This document shows, in pieces, positions 36,786-48,303 of a stretch of DNA of 64,000 nucleotides (positions are counted from its first letter, which is position 1; each line of letters starts with the position of its first letter). The notes under the pieces are model-generated. The model was not told the origin of the DNA. It made no database searches and saw only the letters and a list, made by a program, of their open reading frames with translations. The stretch is from Entomortierella parvispora E1425 (lineage: Eukaryota > Fungi > Mortierellomycota): NCBI GenBank assembly GCA_020891255.1, contig BQFW01000009.1:744001-808000 (forward strand). The letters are read 5' to 3'. Made by a program: the position numbers and the translations under genes.

Positions 36786-39700
36786 TTTTTTTTTGTACAA
36801 GTCCTTTGGACCATGCAACGAGAGAACGACTTTTTTTTTTGGATTTCACTTGAGATTTTAATAAGTGATGCAGAAGGCTATTGGGCTATGGTTGTCATGT
36901 CTTGTCGGCCCGTCGATCGGACACTGTTCTTGGAACCTATTCCTACTTGCACTCTTGCCGAGGAGGGGAAGAGAAGGATGAAGAGAAAGGAAATGCAACT
37001 CACCATGATCAGTACGTCCCAAGTCGTCCAAGTTGTCCATGTCCCCGTCCATGTCCCGCTCTTCCATGTCCTCCAACTCCCTGTCCATGTCCAACTCTTC
37101 CATGTCCTCCGACTCTTCCGTGTCCACCGACTCCCTGTCCATGTCCAACTCTTCCGTGTCCACCAACTCCCTGTCCATGTCCAACTCTTCCATGTCCTCC
37201 AGCTCCCTGTCCATGTCCAGCTCTTCCATGTCCTCCAACTCCCTGTCCATGGCCAACTCTTCCATGTCCACCAACTCCCTGTCCATGTCCAACTCTTCCA
37301 TGTCCCCCAGCTCCCTGTCCATGTCCAGCTCTTCCATGTCCTCCGACTCCCTGTCCATGTCCAACTCTTCCATGTCCTCCAACTCCCTGTCCATGTCCAA
37401 CTCTTCCATGTCCACCAACTCCCTGTCCATGTCCAACTCTTCCTTGTCCACCAACTCCCTGTCCATGTCCAACTCTTCCTTGTCCACCAACTCTTCCATG
37501 TCCTCCGACTCCCTGTCCATGTCCAACTCTTCCATGTCCTCCAACTCCCTGTCCATGTCCAACTCTTCCTTGTCCACCAACTCCCTGTCCATGTCCAACT
37601 CTTCCTTGTCCACCAACTCCCTGTCCATGTCCAACTCTTCCATGTCCACCAACTCCCTGTCCATGTCCAACTCTTCCTTGTCCACCAACTCCCTGTCCAT
37701 GTCCAACTCTTCCTTGTCCACCAACTCTTCCGTGTCCTCCGACTCCCTGTCCATGTCCCGCTCTTCCATGTCCCCCAACTCCCTGTCCATGTCCAACTCT
37801 TCCTTGTCCTCCGACTCCCTGTCCATGTCCAGCTCTTCCAAGTCCTCACCTAAAACCTATCGAAAAAGGAGCAAAAGGCTAAGCAGAGGACATAAGTGAG
37901 GGTCAGTACGAGCCGACTTAGTGATCTTAATCATAGAGACAGAGAGCGAGGGCTGGAAAGAATGAGAGTAAGGAGGAAAGGCCAGAGTGCGAGTAAGTGA
38001 TAGAAGGAGAAGGGAAAAAAAACGAGAAGTCGAGATTAGTAAGAACAGATGGCTTCAACATCATCAAACAGAACAAACTTATCGTGAAGCAACATTGTGA
38101 GGATGAAAATGTTAAGGTGAAGGTGACGGTGAAGGTGAAAGGTGTTGGTGATGGTGGTCCTGTTGCTTGTGGTGGTGCCAGATGGAGAGGGAGAGGTAGG
38201 TGAAGGGTCGGGGAGAGAAAGAGAAGGAGAAAGGAGAAAGGAGAAAAGCGAAAAGCGAAAAAAAGGCGAGCACCTTTTGTGCCGCGCAACTTTTGCCAAG
38301 AGGACGAAAGGAGGGTGACGACAACGCATTGTCGCGTATTCAGTCGACTCGGACTGAATGGAGGAGAGTGGCCCGGGTCCTCGTTGTCGGGAGGAGGAAA
38401 GACACATGGTGAAGGAAGGGAAAGGGAAAGGGAAAGGGAAGGAAACGATCAGTGAGTGCGCTGATTGGTTGCTTGGATGAAGGGCTGGAAAGACATTGAA
38501 AAGACATGCAGAAAATGCGGTGGATAGACATTCAAAGCATGGAAAGATGTCAAGGGATAGAGGGAGAGAGTTGTAGTCTTTGCCCTCACCATCATCGTTA
38601 CCATCGCTATCACTATTGCCATGAAGGATGGAAGGAGGAACAGAAAAAGAGGGACAGAAAAAGAGAGAAAGACAGGTGGAGAGGGGAGACATTTACATGG
38701 TCGCCATGTCCCTCTTCCCTTTCCCTCTCCGGCCCCATAGTCCCTTCGCTCTTGTAAAGCCTCACAGCAATAAAGGACTGGGATAGTATGGAGAAGGACC
38801 ACTGCAACTGCGCTGTTGCCATCATCATGGCCATTCTCATCGTGATGAAGGAACGAAAGCTGGGTGGAAAAGAGAAAGAATGCATTTGCACAAAGGCCAT
38901 GTCCATTTTTTTTTCATTTCTCTCTCATTTTCTGACGCACTTTTTCTGTTCCTCCTTCCATCCTTCATGGCAATAGTGATAGCGATGGTAACGATGATGG
39001 TGAGGGCAAAGACGACAGCTCTCCCCCTCTATCCCTTGACATCTTTCCATACTTTGAATGTCTATCCACCGCATTTTCTGCATGTCTTTTCAATGTCTTT
39101 CCAGCCCTTCATCCAAAAGCAACCAATCAGCGCACTCACTGATCGTTTCCTTCCCTTTCCCTTTCCCTTTCCCTTCCTTCACCATGTGTCTTTCCTCCTC
39201 CCGACAACGAGGACCCGGGCCACTCTTCTCCATTCAGTCCGCGTCGACTGAATACGCGAGCAATGCGTTGTCGTCACCCTCCTTTCGTCCTCTTGGCAAA
39301 AGTTGCGCGGCACAAAAGGCTCTCGCCTTTTTTTCGCTTTTCGCTTTTCTCTTCTCTTCCAACCCTTCACTCCCCTCTTCTCTTTCCACTTTCCACTCTC
39401 CTCAACCCTTCGCTCTCATCTTCACCACCATCACCACCACCTTTCACCACGCCGCCTTTCCACGACAAGTTTGTTCCCTTTGCTGTTGCTGGACGTCTGC
39501 TCTCACTGATCTCGCCTTCTCGCTCCTTTCTCGCTCCTTTTCTCACTTACTCGCACTCTTGCCTCCTTGTCTCCTACCTCTGTCTCACAGTCTCTCGCTC
39601 TCTGATCAAAAAGAACAAGCTGTTTGGTACTCACTCTCTCCTCCGTCCCAGTTTTTTTTTTCTTTTTTCTTGATAGGTCTAGGTCAAGATCAGGATGCAT

Positions 39701-40154
39701 ATATGAAATAAACTGGCGTTGTCGTTGGGGGAGTTTTACTAACTTACTAACATACTAACTTACTAATGTTTTCATCTTTTTCACGCGGGACTCGAGGACG
39801 ATCAGGATTTTCAGGATGCAAATATGAAATAAACTGGCGTTGTTGTTGGAGGTGCCTTTCTCATAGACTAGATCATGGACTAGATCAAGGACTAGGTCGA
39901 GGACTCGAGTTTTTGAATGCCATGATCATGGTGAGTTCGCCTTCCCGTTCTTCCTCCTCTTTTCAACTTTCTCCTTGGCAAGAGTGCAAGTAGGAATAGG
40001 TACTCAAGAACAGCCCCGATCGACGAACCAACAACACAAGGCAACGATAGCTTCAATAGCCTTCTGCATCACTTATTAAAGGATCAAATGAAATCAAAAA
40101 AAGTCGTTCTCTTGTTGCATGATCCAAAGGGCATCACATACAAAAAAAAAAAAA
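36786..40154. repeat. ~3.4-kb imperfect palindrome (head-to-head inverted duplication)
   Basis: 38241-38648 is the reverse complement of 38941-39351, with about 10 differences by manual count. Exact distal matches: 36935-36959 vs 39977-40001 (25 bp) and 36857-36883 vs 40054-40080 (27 bp). Spacer 38649-38940. Confidence 0.92.
37040..37845. repeat. 36-bp minisatellite (CTCCCTGTCCATGTCCAACTCTTCCATGTCCTCCAA), ~20 full units plus three 18-bp units
   Basis: Unit count read from the periodic translations (MEELDMDRELVD, PCPCPTLPCPPT). No stop codon in any frame of the unit. Confidence 0.95.
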
Positions 40155-40641
40155 CGACAAAAAAGCTGACAATCCACTTTCAAAAGATGCAGTTCGACCT
40201 CATCACCAGCCAGGCAGGTTGCACAAGAATCATGGCATCCAGCTTTCAACAAGGCAATACACTAATATGGTTTCGTCCGCAGGTCTGCTGGTATGATCGC
40301 GACAAAGAGCGTCGTGCACAAAAACAACACACGGACCACATGTTTTGGTGCCACCGCAACCTTACTCTGAAAATTGCGCCCAATGGCTGAGAGCAATGCG
40401 CGGCTTCCTGAATTCCAAAGACGGGCAATCTTCCCAGCAACGTAACCCGTTCTGTCATTCCCCACAGTCCCCTCTCGCTCTCACCTCCGCATACACTCAT
40501 TGCTCTCTGCCACTGGGCTCAGGAAACCAGGCCGCGGCGCGTGGACAAGCTCAAAGAAACCGCTGAGTATAGGATGCATGGTGTCTATTAAAATCTAATC
40601 TATGGTTCTGAGCATCCCAATATGTCAAATTGCTTTTAGGA

Positions 40642-43600
40642 TCATGAGGGCGGCGTTGGTGGTGTGAACAACGATGGCAGGCTCGAAATGGCTCCTCCCC
40701 TTCCAGCAATGGATCCAGGACCGCCGCTGCTACCCCCAACTAAGGTCGAGGCCGCCGTGCTTCCTGTCCCGGGTCGTTTGTGTGATACAGAATTTCGCTG
40801 CACGTTCGCAGTCAAATTGCTGCTCCCATTGCTTCGGACCCTTGAAATAGGTACCATGCTAGAAGTGGACCCAGGTAATCCACGCTCTGCCACATTCAGT
40901 GACATCTGACGCCCAGCGGTTGGTCCGTGTCCACTACCGCCACTACCCCCAAAAGTCGACTCTCTTTTCTTGATCTCAGCCAAAGCCAGGACCAAGTTTC
41001 CATAGGCGCCTGAGGATCCCAAAGAATTGGCATTCACATGCATGTTGTAAAGCTCCTGTTGCTGTTGCTGACTCAGGCTTGGTGTCTGCTGTTGAAGCGA
41101 CAGTTGTTGCTGCTGCATTGCCTGTGGGGGAAAATACGAGGTTGATTTGCGTTGGGGTGGACCTGCACGAGCATGGACCGAGTTGGAAGGACTCACAAGA
41201 CTGACTGCACTTGTATTGCCATGTCTTCCGCTGGGTCCACCTCCTCGAGTAACAGCCGGACCGTCCAAAGTGGAGTTTAAGTCCACAACTGATCCTGCCA
41301 GTGAGGTCGCTCGGGATGTGCCTCTGGATCGGCCGCCAAGTGGAGAGGGCAAAAAGCTACCCAGATCAATGCTAGACCGTGCACTTCTGGCCCAGGCTTC
41401 CAAGTCGTTCACGAATCCATAGGCACCGAAATAGATCACGGCTAGATCTACTGCGACCTGCAACACGCAAAAGAAGGCCATTGAGCCTAGCAAAGCAAAA
41501 GGAGTCATCTTCTCTGAAGGCACCGCCAGTAAACAGAGGATGAAAACGGCGTTCAGGAAGCGAGAAAGATAGACAATCTTTTGAAACCTATCATACGACC
41601 TCAGATTGATCCATTTGAGCAACGAATTACACAAAAAGACCAGCGAGCAGACCACGAGAAAGTACTGTTTCGTTAAGTTGTAATCTGTCGGTCTTGCCAA
41701 GGCACCACCAGCTCCAGAAGAGGCTGAAATAGAGAGAGATCGTCTTTCCAATGGGATATCGAACCCATGAGCAAACTTTTGGTTAAAAGGAACCGAAGGC
41801 GGTATAACTCCATAAACGAGACTGTGGGCACTTGTGGCGGGACCATCGCCGACATCCGTTATATGGTGCTCCTCCTTGTAGAGGCGGATCAAATCCAAAG
41901 CGCCCATTCCGAACAAAACGATGCAAATGTGCAAAGGGAGGTGCAGGTAAGCCCATAGCTGCGAAAGCGTTGTGGTTTTGTGAAAGATCTGGACACGTGC
42001 GGGACTTCAGGTCAGCAAAAGAAGTTATGAATGTATTTATCAGCGACAATTTGGGCAAGAACTTACATCCTCCGAAAAGTCGTCAAAGTATAGCCACCAG
42101 AGAGCGTAAAGAATCACGGTCGTGAAAAAAAACAGGAGCAAGTACATGTATTGACCAGATACCCAAGCACTTGCTCCTGAACTAAGTCCGACCAACCCGA
42201 TAATGTTCTAGATATCACAGAGGCAATGGAAGAATATCAGTAATTGTCCTATAGACTAGAAAGTAAAGGTCGACAACTGAATCCTAGGTACTGCGCCATA
42301 CCTCGCCTAGGACAATGATCGTAAAGAGAGCAAACCGTTCCGGCAGGTGACTTCCTGCAAATGTCACCGAGGTTCTTCGACCGAATGAGATCAGCACAGC
42401 CACCTCGATCACAATGGTCGAATACCACATCACGTAACGCCAATCAACGTTGTGGACAAGAATCGAGAGCCCCCAGATTAACATCGCAAGTAAGTTGCTC
42501 CCGATCTGCAGCCACAATGGCGTCAAAGACTTTTTGGACCGATTCCGCCTTGCCCAAAACAAAACTAATACAAAGGGCTGTGTATTAGTGAATGTGCTCA
42601 CGGTATAGAACCACAGGAATAGGGAATACACATTTAACCCTTTTTTCCCCCCTTACCATTGCCATATTCGATCACGAGGACCCCTTTGAGAACAATATAA
42701 CTAATAATAAACCCTTTTGAGGTCTTGTCAAGGTGGTCTGAGGAGAACGCTCCGAAGGAGATGAGTGCGCAAAACTCCACGAGCTTCAATACTTTGGTGA
42801 AGAGGTCATCCATGTCATATCTTGCAGCCCAAAACGTCTGACCTGCCCACTAGTTCCAAGAAACAGAAATATATAATCTCTTGTTAGATTATAAGCGTGC
42901 AGAGAGACCATGTCGTGGCAGTGCAAAAGTGTACTTACAGTCCACCACATGATGACGAACCATCCGACATAATGGGCCAAGGCAGCTGGTGAGTGGTTAG
43001 GGAGAGCAACATGAAACAGGAGATTTGTGAGTACAGAAAATCTTGAGAAAAAAAAAGTTGCGCTTGTTGCACACAGGGATTCTTACTGCCCCCAGTGATA
43101 GGATGGTTGTGGGTAAAGTCAGTCAAGTTTGCCACGAACAGCAGGTCGTAAAACAATTCTAATATTGCAGATCCGTCAGTAAGACCTATCTCAGGAACAG
43201 TTCCATCTTGCCAGATTGTATTCCTCTTACCTAGCCAACTTGCTTTCGGCTCCTCAACAGGCATAGTCGATAGATCTGTGGTGGGTCGTCTATAGCGCTT
43301 TTTCCTACGCCTGCTCTTCTTCTCATGGTGGGATGATATTGACTCTCTCCTGACAACTGCGATGGACTCGCCGTTTAAGATTTGATCGTCTTGAGCAAAT
43401 GTAACTCCCGGTGCTAGGTACGAGACAAATGTGAAGAAGGTAAGGACTCTATGATCGAGAAGCTCGCACATGACAGAATCCAGTACTTTGCAAACATACA
43501 GTCCGGTGTGTTGTCGGTAAAGATGATCTGAACATCATAATTTCGAGGTAATTTTTCGAAGTATGACGCCAACTCCTCCTTTGTCTGAATCACCTCCACG

Positions 43601-44829
43601 TCTGTGCGCTCCTGTGCCGTCAGCTCAAGCTCGTCCACTAGTGTTGCCAGATTGCGTTCGCTCAGTGGGCAGATGGGTTCACTATGTGCATCCTCCTGCA
43701 GGTGGATTTCTAAGTATTCAAAAGAGAACCAAAAAGGATGTTAGGAGGTTGTCTCTGATAAGAATGGCGAAGCGAACACCGATAATCATGCATAAGCTCC
43801 AGGGATAGTATAGCAGCACTCCTTACCGAAATGCACGCGAACCTCTGGCTCGTCGTCTGAAGTTGCTGATTCAGAGTCAGACAAGACCCTGGATGGAAAA
43901 AAGAGAAAGCGCCACCAAAATTTAAATTAGATTAAAGCCAAGACAAAGGCACCAAAAAAAAACGGGAGGCATATGAACAGTGTCGACTTACTTTGTCAAC
44001 GGAGTACCAGAAATACCATCTGGGATCCCAGCTGCAAGGGCCATGGCTGCTTCCTGGACTTTCTCTTGGCCGTAAGGAGGTGGGATGATCATCTTGGATG
44101 GTTGCTCCCTCATCTTGAACTGGGTCATACTAGGACGTGATCGGGGCATGATTGGTCGAGCTGCAGCCGTAGTCGTGGCCGCGGCTGTTGCACTGCTCGA
44201 TCCCCCTTCTGAAAAAGTTGCCTGTCTATGAATGGAATGACAAAGCTATCAGGTAAGAGATCTCCAGATCATTTTTGCCGCCTTGGTGACTGAAAAGAGT
44301 CAGCGCGTGGGATGTACCTGTCTCGGTGAGACTGACTTCGCTCAAAGGCTTTCCTGCGTAGAGACTGAAGGTTCGTGCCCATGCCCTCCGCAAAAGTCTG
44401 ACTAGCCTGAATGCCAGTTCTCAGGGGCTCCAACATCTTCGAGAACGATGGGTTAGGGGGTCGGACTCCGGTGTTCGCAATCTGTGGAGGATCTGATCTA
44501 CCCTCCCCACCTCGCTCGCCGACTATGGTTGTCGATTCGGTTTCTTGTAGGGGGTCATGTATCGTCGTGGTATCAGCAGCGCCATTGGTATCGTGCTCAA
44601 GAATAAAAGCAGAGTGGAGGGAAGAAGGTGATTGAGAAAAAACCTCTTGTTGTTGAGGTGGCGAGGTTGAGGATGGATTGCCTTGTGGGATTGAGATTCG
44701 ACTTGGTAAAGTAGTGGAATGTGCATTAGAATTAGACAAAGGAGAATGAGTCGAAGGGGATGAGCTGGATGGCTGCCCTTGGTTCGCCAGGCTGTTCCGA
44801 TGGGGGGATGAGGATGGCGGGGAGGCCAT
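40642..44829 (-). CDS. LtrA (low temperature requirement A) family membrane protein; about 10 exons
   Basis: Spliced motifs LELFYDLLFVA, HYVGWFVIMWWTW, HLPERFALFTIIVLGE, LYALWWLYFDD and LWAYLHLPLHICIV. Canonical GT-AG junctions were traced for the membrane-domain exons; N- and C-termini are low complexity. Confidence 0.85.
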
Positions 44830-45306
44830 GGAACAGGATGCGAGGGGGTGGGTGATGAACGAATGCGAATGAGAAAAAGGAACTGCAAGACAAAGAGCTG
44901 GCTGGTCCTTTGGTCGTTCCTGCGCCTGAATCGTTCATTTGCTCCCCTTCTGGCGCCGCCCAATTGCTCTCAACCCTGACGACATTGTCCGTTCTTTGTT
45001 CCTCGGTATCTCACTTTCCTCCCTTTCCATTTTCATGATCCCTCCTTCATTTGAACCGAGGTCAGGGGCATCGTTGTTTCCTGCATATTTTTGGTTTAGT
45101 CCCCCTTCTCCAACGGTCCAATCGTTTTTTTTTTATTTATTTGTGGGTGCAAGATCTACATCTCTGAGTTCAGGTCAAAACGGAACTGGAGATCAGAATA
45201 TGAAGAGTTACTGTCTTCACCCAATATCCAATATGCTTGCCTCCCTCCCTGTAACTCTCAAATCCGTTCTCGCTTTGCAACAATCGTCTCTTTTTATTAC
45301 ATTTGT

Positions 45307-46034
45307 TCAGACCCACTGCATTTGCCTCGAGTTCGCCTGCAATCCCAGCAGCGTCCCAGAGACATACCGAACCTCGAACCTCGCCTCGCTTTCATCCACC
45401 AGTGTGTTAAACAATGTGAGCGAATTCCACAAGTGGTTCAAATCCGAGGCATGACAGCGCAAGACTGCTGATGCTGCTGTTGTTGCTACATGGGTCCATT
45501 TGACGGTAGCCGTTTTTCGCAGTGCAGATGTCACAGCTGTTGTTGACTGTGATGATGAAGATTCTGCGGTAGTATCTGCGGGTATATTGCTGCTCTGGAT
45601 CGAAGTGGGTGGAGGAATTGAAGTAGCGAGTCTGTTGTAGGGATCCTGTTTAGCATCTGTCCAGTATCCAAGGATATCAATATTAATGCCCCCACCCATC
45701 GTGGCACCAAAGAGATCCTGAACAGCACTAGACAACATCCTCCTGAAGGTCATGATCGAGAGCTCGTATTTTGAAGATGATTTTGGCTTTGCTGAATGTC
45801 CATCGTGCTGCGAATCCATTTCACTGGCATGGTAGCAAACGGAAGAAAAATGTTAGATACAGACAATAACTATCTCTCCAAGATGCTCAAAGACAAGTGC
45901 GGACCAAAAGATATTCCCAGGGCTTACACTGTCAAGTAGATGTAGTAGGACTCGGTGGCCTCGGAAAAACGAGTCAACTTGAGAGGCGTGGCCTGTTGTT
46001 TGGCTGCGGGAGCGGTGTCTATCTCCATGTCCAT
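45307..46034 (-). CDS. RNase P/MRP subunit, Rpp14/Pop8-like; 2 exons
   Basis: Exons 46034-45928 and 45823-45307 (intron GTAAGC...TGCCAG). YYIYLTVEM...TFRRMLSSAVQDLFG...IDILGY...SAVLRCHASDLNHLWNSLTLF...FEVRYVSGTLLGLQANSR parallels the Rpp14 pattern (FKQLLISAVKDLFG...LDILTY...SAILR...LWSSLTLL...VSPFLLALSGNSR). Confidence 0.8.
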
Positions 46035-46539
46035 TATGATGTTTGCGTGTTGTTTATCCTCGATGGAAGCGACAGGGTATAGGTTCTGAAGGCGTCGTTT
46101 CCTGAAAGCTGTTCTGCTTGGCTTTACTCTGGTGTGGCTGTAGCGTGCGAGGTGGTCCTGGTCGTCCAGTGGATGGTCCTGTTGTTGGCGTGCTTGAGCG
46201 GTGGTGTTGTGCGGAGAGAGAAGAAGTGGGGGAGCACGTCAGTCGCAAGGGACGCAAGAGGAGGAAGAGAGGGCAGTCACACATTTTTTGTTTTCTTTTT
46301 TTTTCTTTTTTCTCATCTCCCAGATGGGAAGCAACTCCTCCTCTCGACAAAGAGAACATTCAGCCAAAAGATCATTCCCTCTTTGCTCTCTCTGCATCCT
46401 TCATCTTCTCATCCCTCATCCCACCTTTTCTCCCTTCCCCGCCTCTCCTCCCCTTCTCCACGTACCCCGGGCTGATTTGATATTCTCATTTCATCTTAAC
46501 CTTCTACGTTTTTCGTCCCTAATCACAACTCATTCTACT

Positions 46540-47876
46540 ATGGACTTGCCCGCAACCAACATCTCGATGGTGCCCCAGGCGCCCAAGGTGCCCAAGACCA
46601 CAACAGAGAAGGAGAACACACGGAGACTCATTGTTGTGCTCGAGTCCGCTTGCTTGGAGACCTACAAGGTCGGCAAGGACAAGGATGCCCGCTACCAGTT
46701 GCTCAACTGCGATGACCATCAGGGAATCCTCAAGAAGATGGGCAAGGAGGTCACCGATGCCCGTCCCGACATCACTCACCAGGTATGCCTATGCTGCCTT
46801 GACCTCTCTGAAAATCGACTGCGGACATGCTGACTAGCTGCAGGAAATCTGAACACGAAAGCCGTGGGAAAGATCTCGGTGCGCTTTTTATTTGGATGCT
46901 TCGAAACGGACACCATGGATGGGCTGGATGACGCACAGCCCAGGATTCATTAACCGGCACGCAAGGGGCAGGAAAGGGATAGATATAATGAGATGTTTTC
47001 AGTTCAGACAAGAAGATGAACCTCTGACACGACAACTATGCTAGACGCTGTCAACTTCAATCTTGTGGACGCGGCTTTATGCCCAAAGAGCAAACGATTG
47101 TGGCTGGAGGCACAGCATGTACTAACTGAGGTTTTGCCTTTTGCCCACTTTTCTGCTGCGATTGAAATGATAGTGCTTGTTGACCCTTTTGGACAGTCCT
47201 TTGAACAAGGCCGGTCTTTTGCAGGTTTATATTCACACTGCCAGGAACGTCCTGATCGAGGTCAACCCTCACGTTCGTATTCCTAGAACTTTCAAGCGTT
47301 TCTCTGGATTGATGGGTATGCTTGACAAGCCAGGGATATTCATGACTGCAGCAGGGGTTTAGATGGAAGATGACTATGATATTTTGGATCTTTCATGACT
47401 TACGACATATTTTTCTTTAAAAAATAGTTCAATTGCTCCACAAGTTGTCGATTCGCTCCGTCAATGGATCCGAAAAGCTGCTGCGTGTGATCAAGAACCC
47501 CATCACAGACCACTTGCCCACAAAGTGCTTGAAGCTTGGTATGGGGTGTTGGTCAAGTGACCTGACACGGTTAGAAGGTCGCGAATTGAAATATTGAGAA
47601 GCCGATTATTCTAACGCCTGATATGCTCTGTCACTCGTACTCCCTCTTTTAGCCTTTTCATACGATGCCCCCGTTGTCGCATTGAGAGAGTTTTTGCCTA
47701 CGATCCCTGAGGACTACTCGATCTGTGTCGCCATCGGTGCCATGGCTCACGGAGAGGACAACTTTGCAGACTCGTACGTTGACAAGAAGATTGGTGTCTC
47801 GGGATACCCCCTCTCAGCCTCAGTCGCCTGTGGAAAGCTCTGCTGTGGTGTTGAAGATCTCTGGGGCATCATCTAA
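46540..47876 (+). CDS. EMG1: 18S rRNA pseudouridine N1-methyltransferase Nep1/Emg1; 4 exons
   Basis: [28 protein letters not shown]|[46 protein letters not shown] and [13 protein letters not shown]. Confidence 0.96.
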
Positions 47877-48303
47877 GTGAGATGCTTTGACAAGAGAACG
47901 GGCTTTTGAAAGATATAGGAGAGCGCTTCATGTCGTTGGTAGTCAACAATCTCAGGACGAATGGCTCAATACCGGATTTCTTTCCTCCTTCCATCAATCC
48001 CCCTTGCACTATGGTTTTTTTTTTGTCGTTCAATCTTTCTTCGTTTACTATTCTTTTTCTGCAATGCAGCTGTACAGTTCCATATATTTTCAACCATATA
48101 TTCATTCGCACTCGACTCATCCTCCACTCACGTATATTTTCAACAAATTATATCCCTCCCTCTCACTCCTCATCGCCCGTTCTTCCTCATTGTTAGCCAA
48201 AATCGTGCGAAAGGACTACAGTTTGTTTCTCCTTTTTTTTTCTAGTTATCCGCATTTCATTAAAATATTCTTTTTAAAAAAAAATGTCTTTCTTTGAGAG
48301 TTT

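Noticed and set aside
37040-37845. CRISPR-like array
   Set aside because: The units abut directly with no unique spacers, there are no cas genes, and the context is eukaryotic.
36813-37899. Five overlapping ~290-350 aa ORFs as separate genes
   Set aside because: They result from a stop-free repeat unit. At most one frame could be real, and none is supported by a clear start or splice entry.
46783-47170. Intronic snoRNA in the unusually long first EMG1 intron
   Set aside because: There is a small hairpin (GGGCTG...CAGCCC) and CTGA, but no canonical C box (RTGATGA) or convincing H/ACA layout. An Infernal/snoscan search would be needed.
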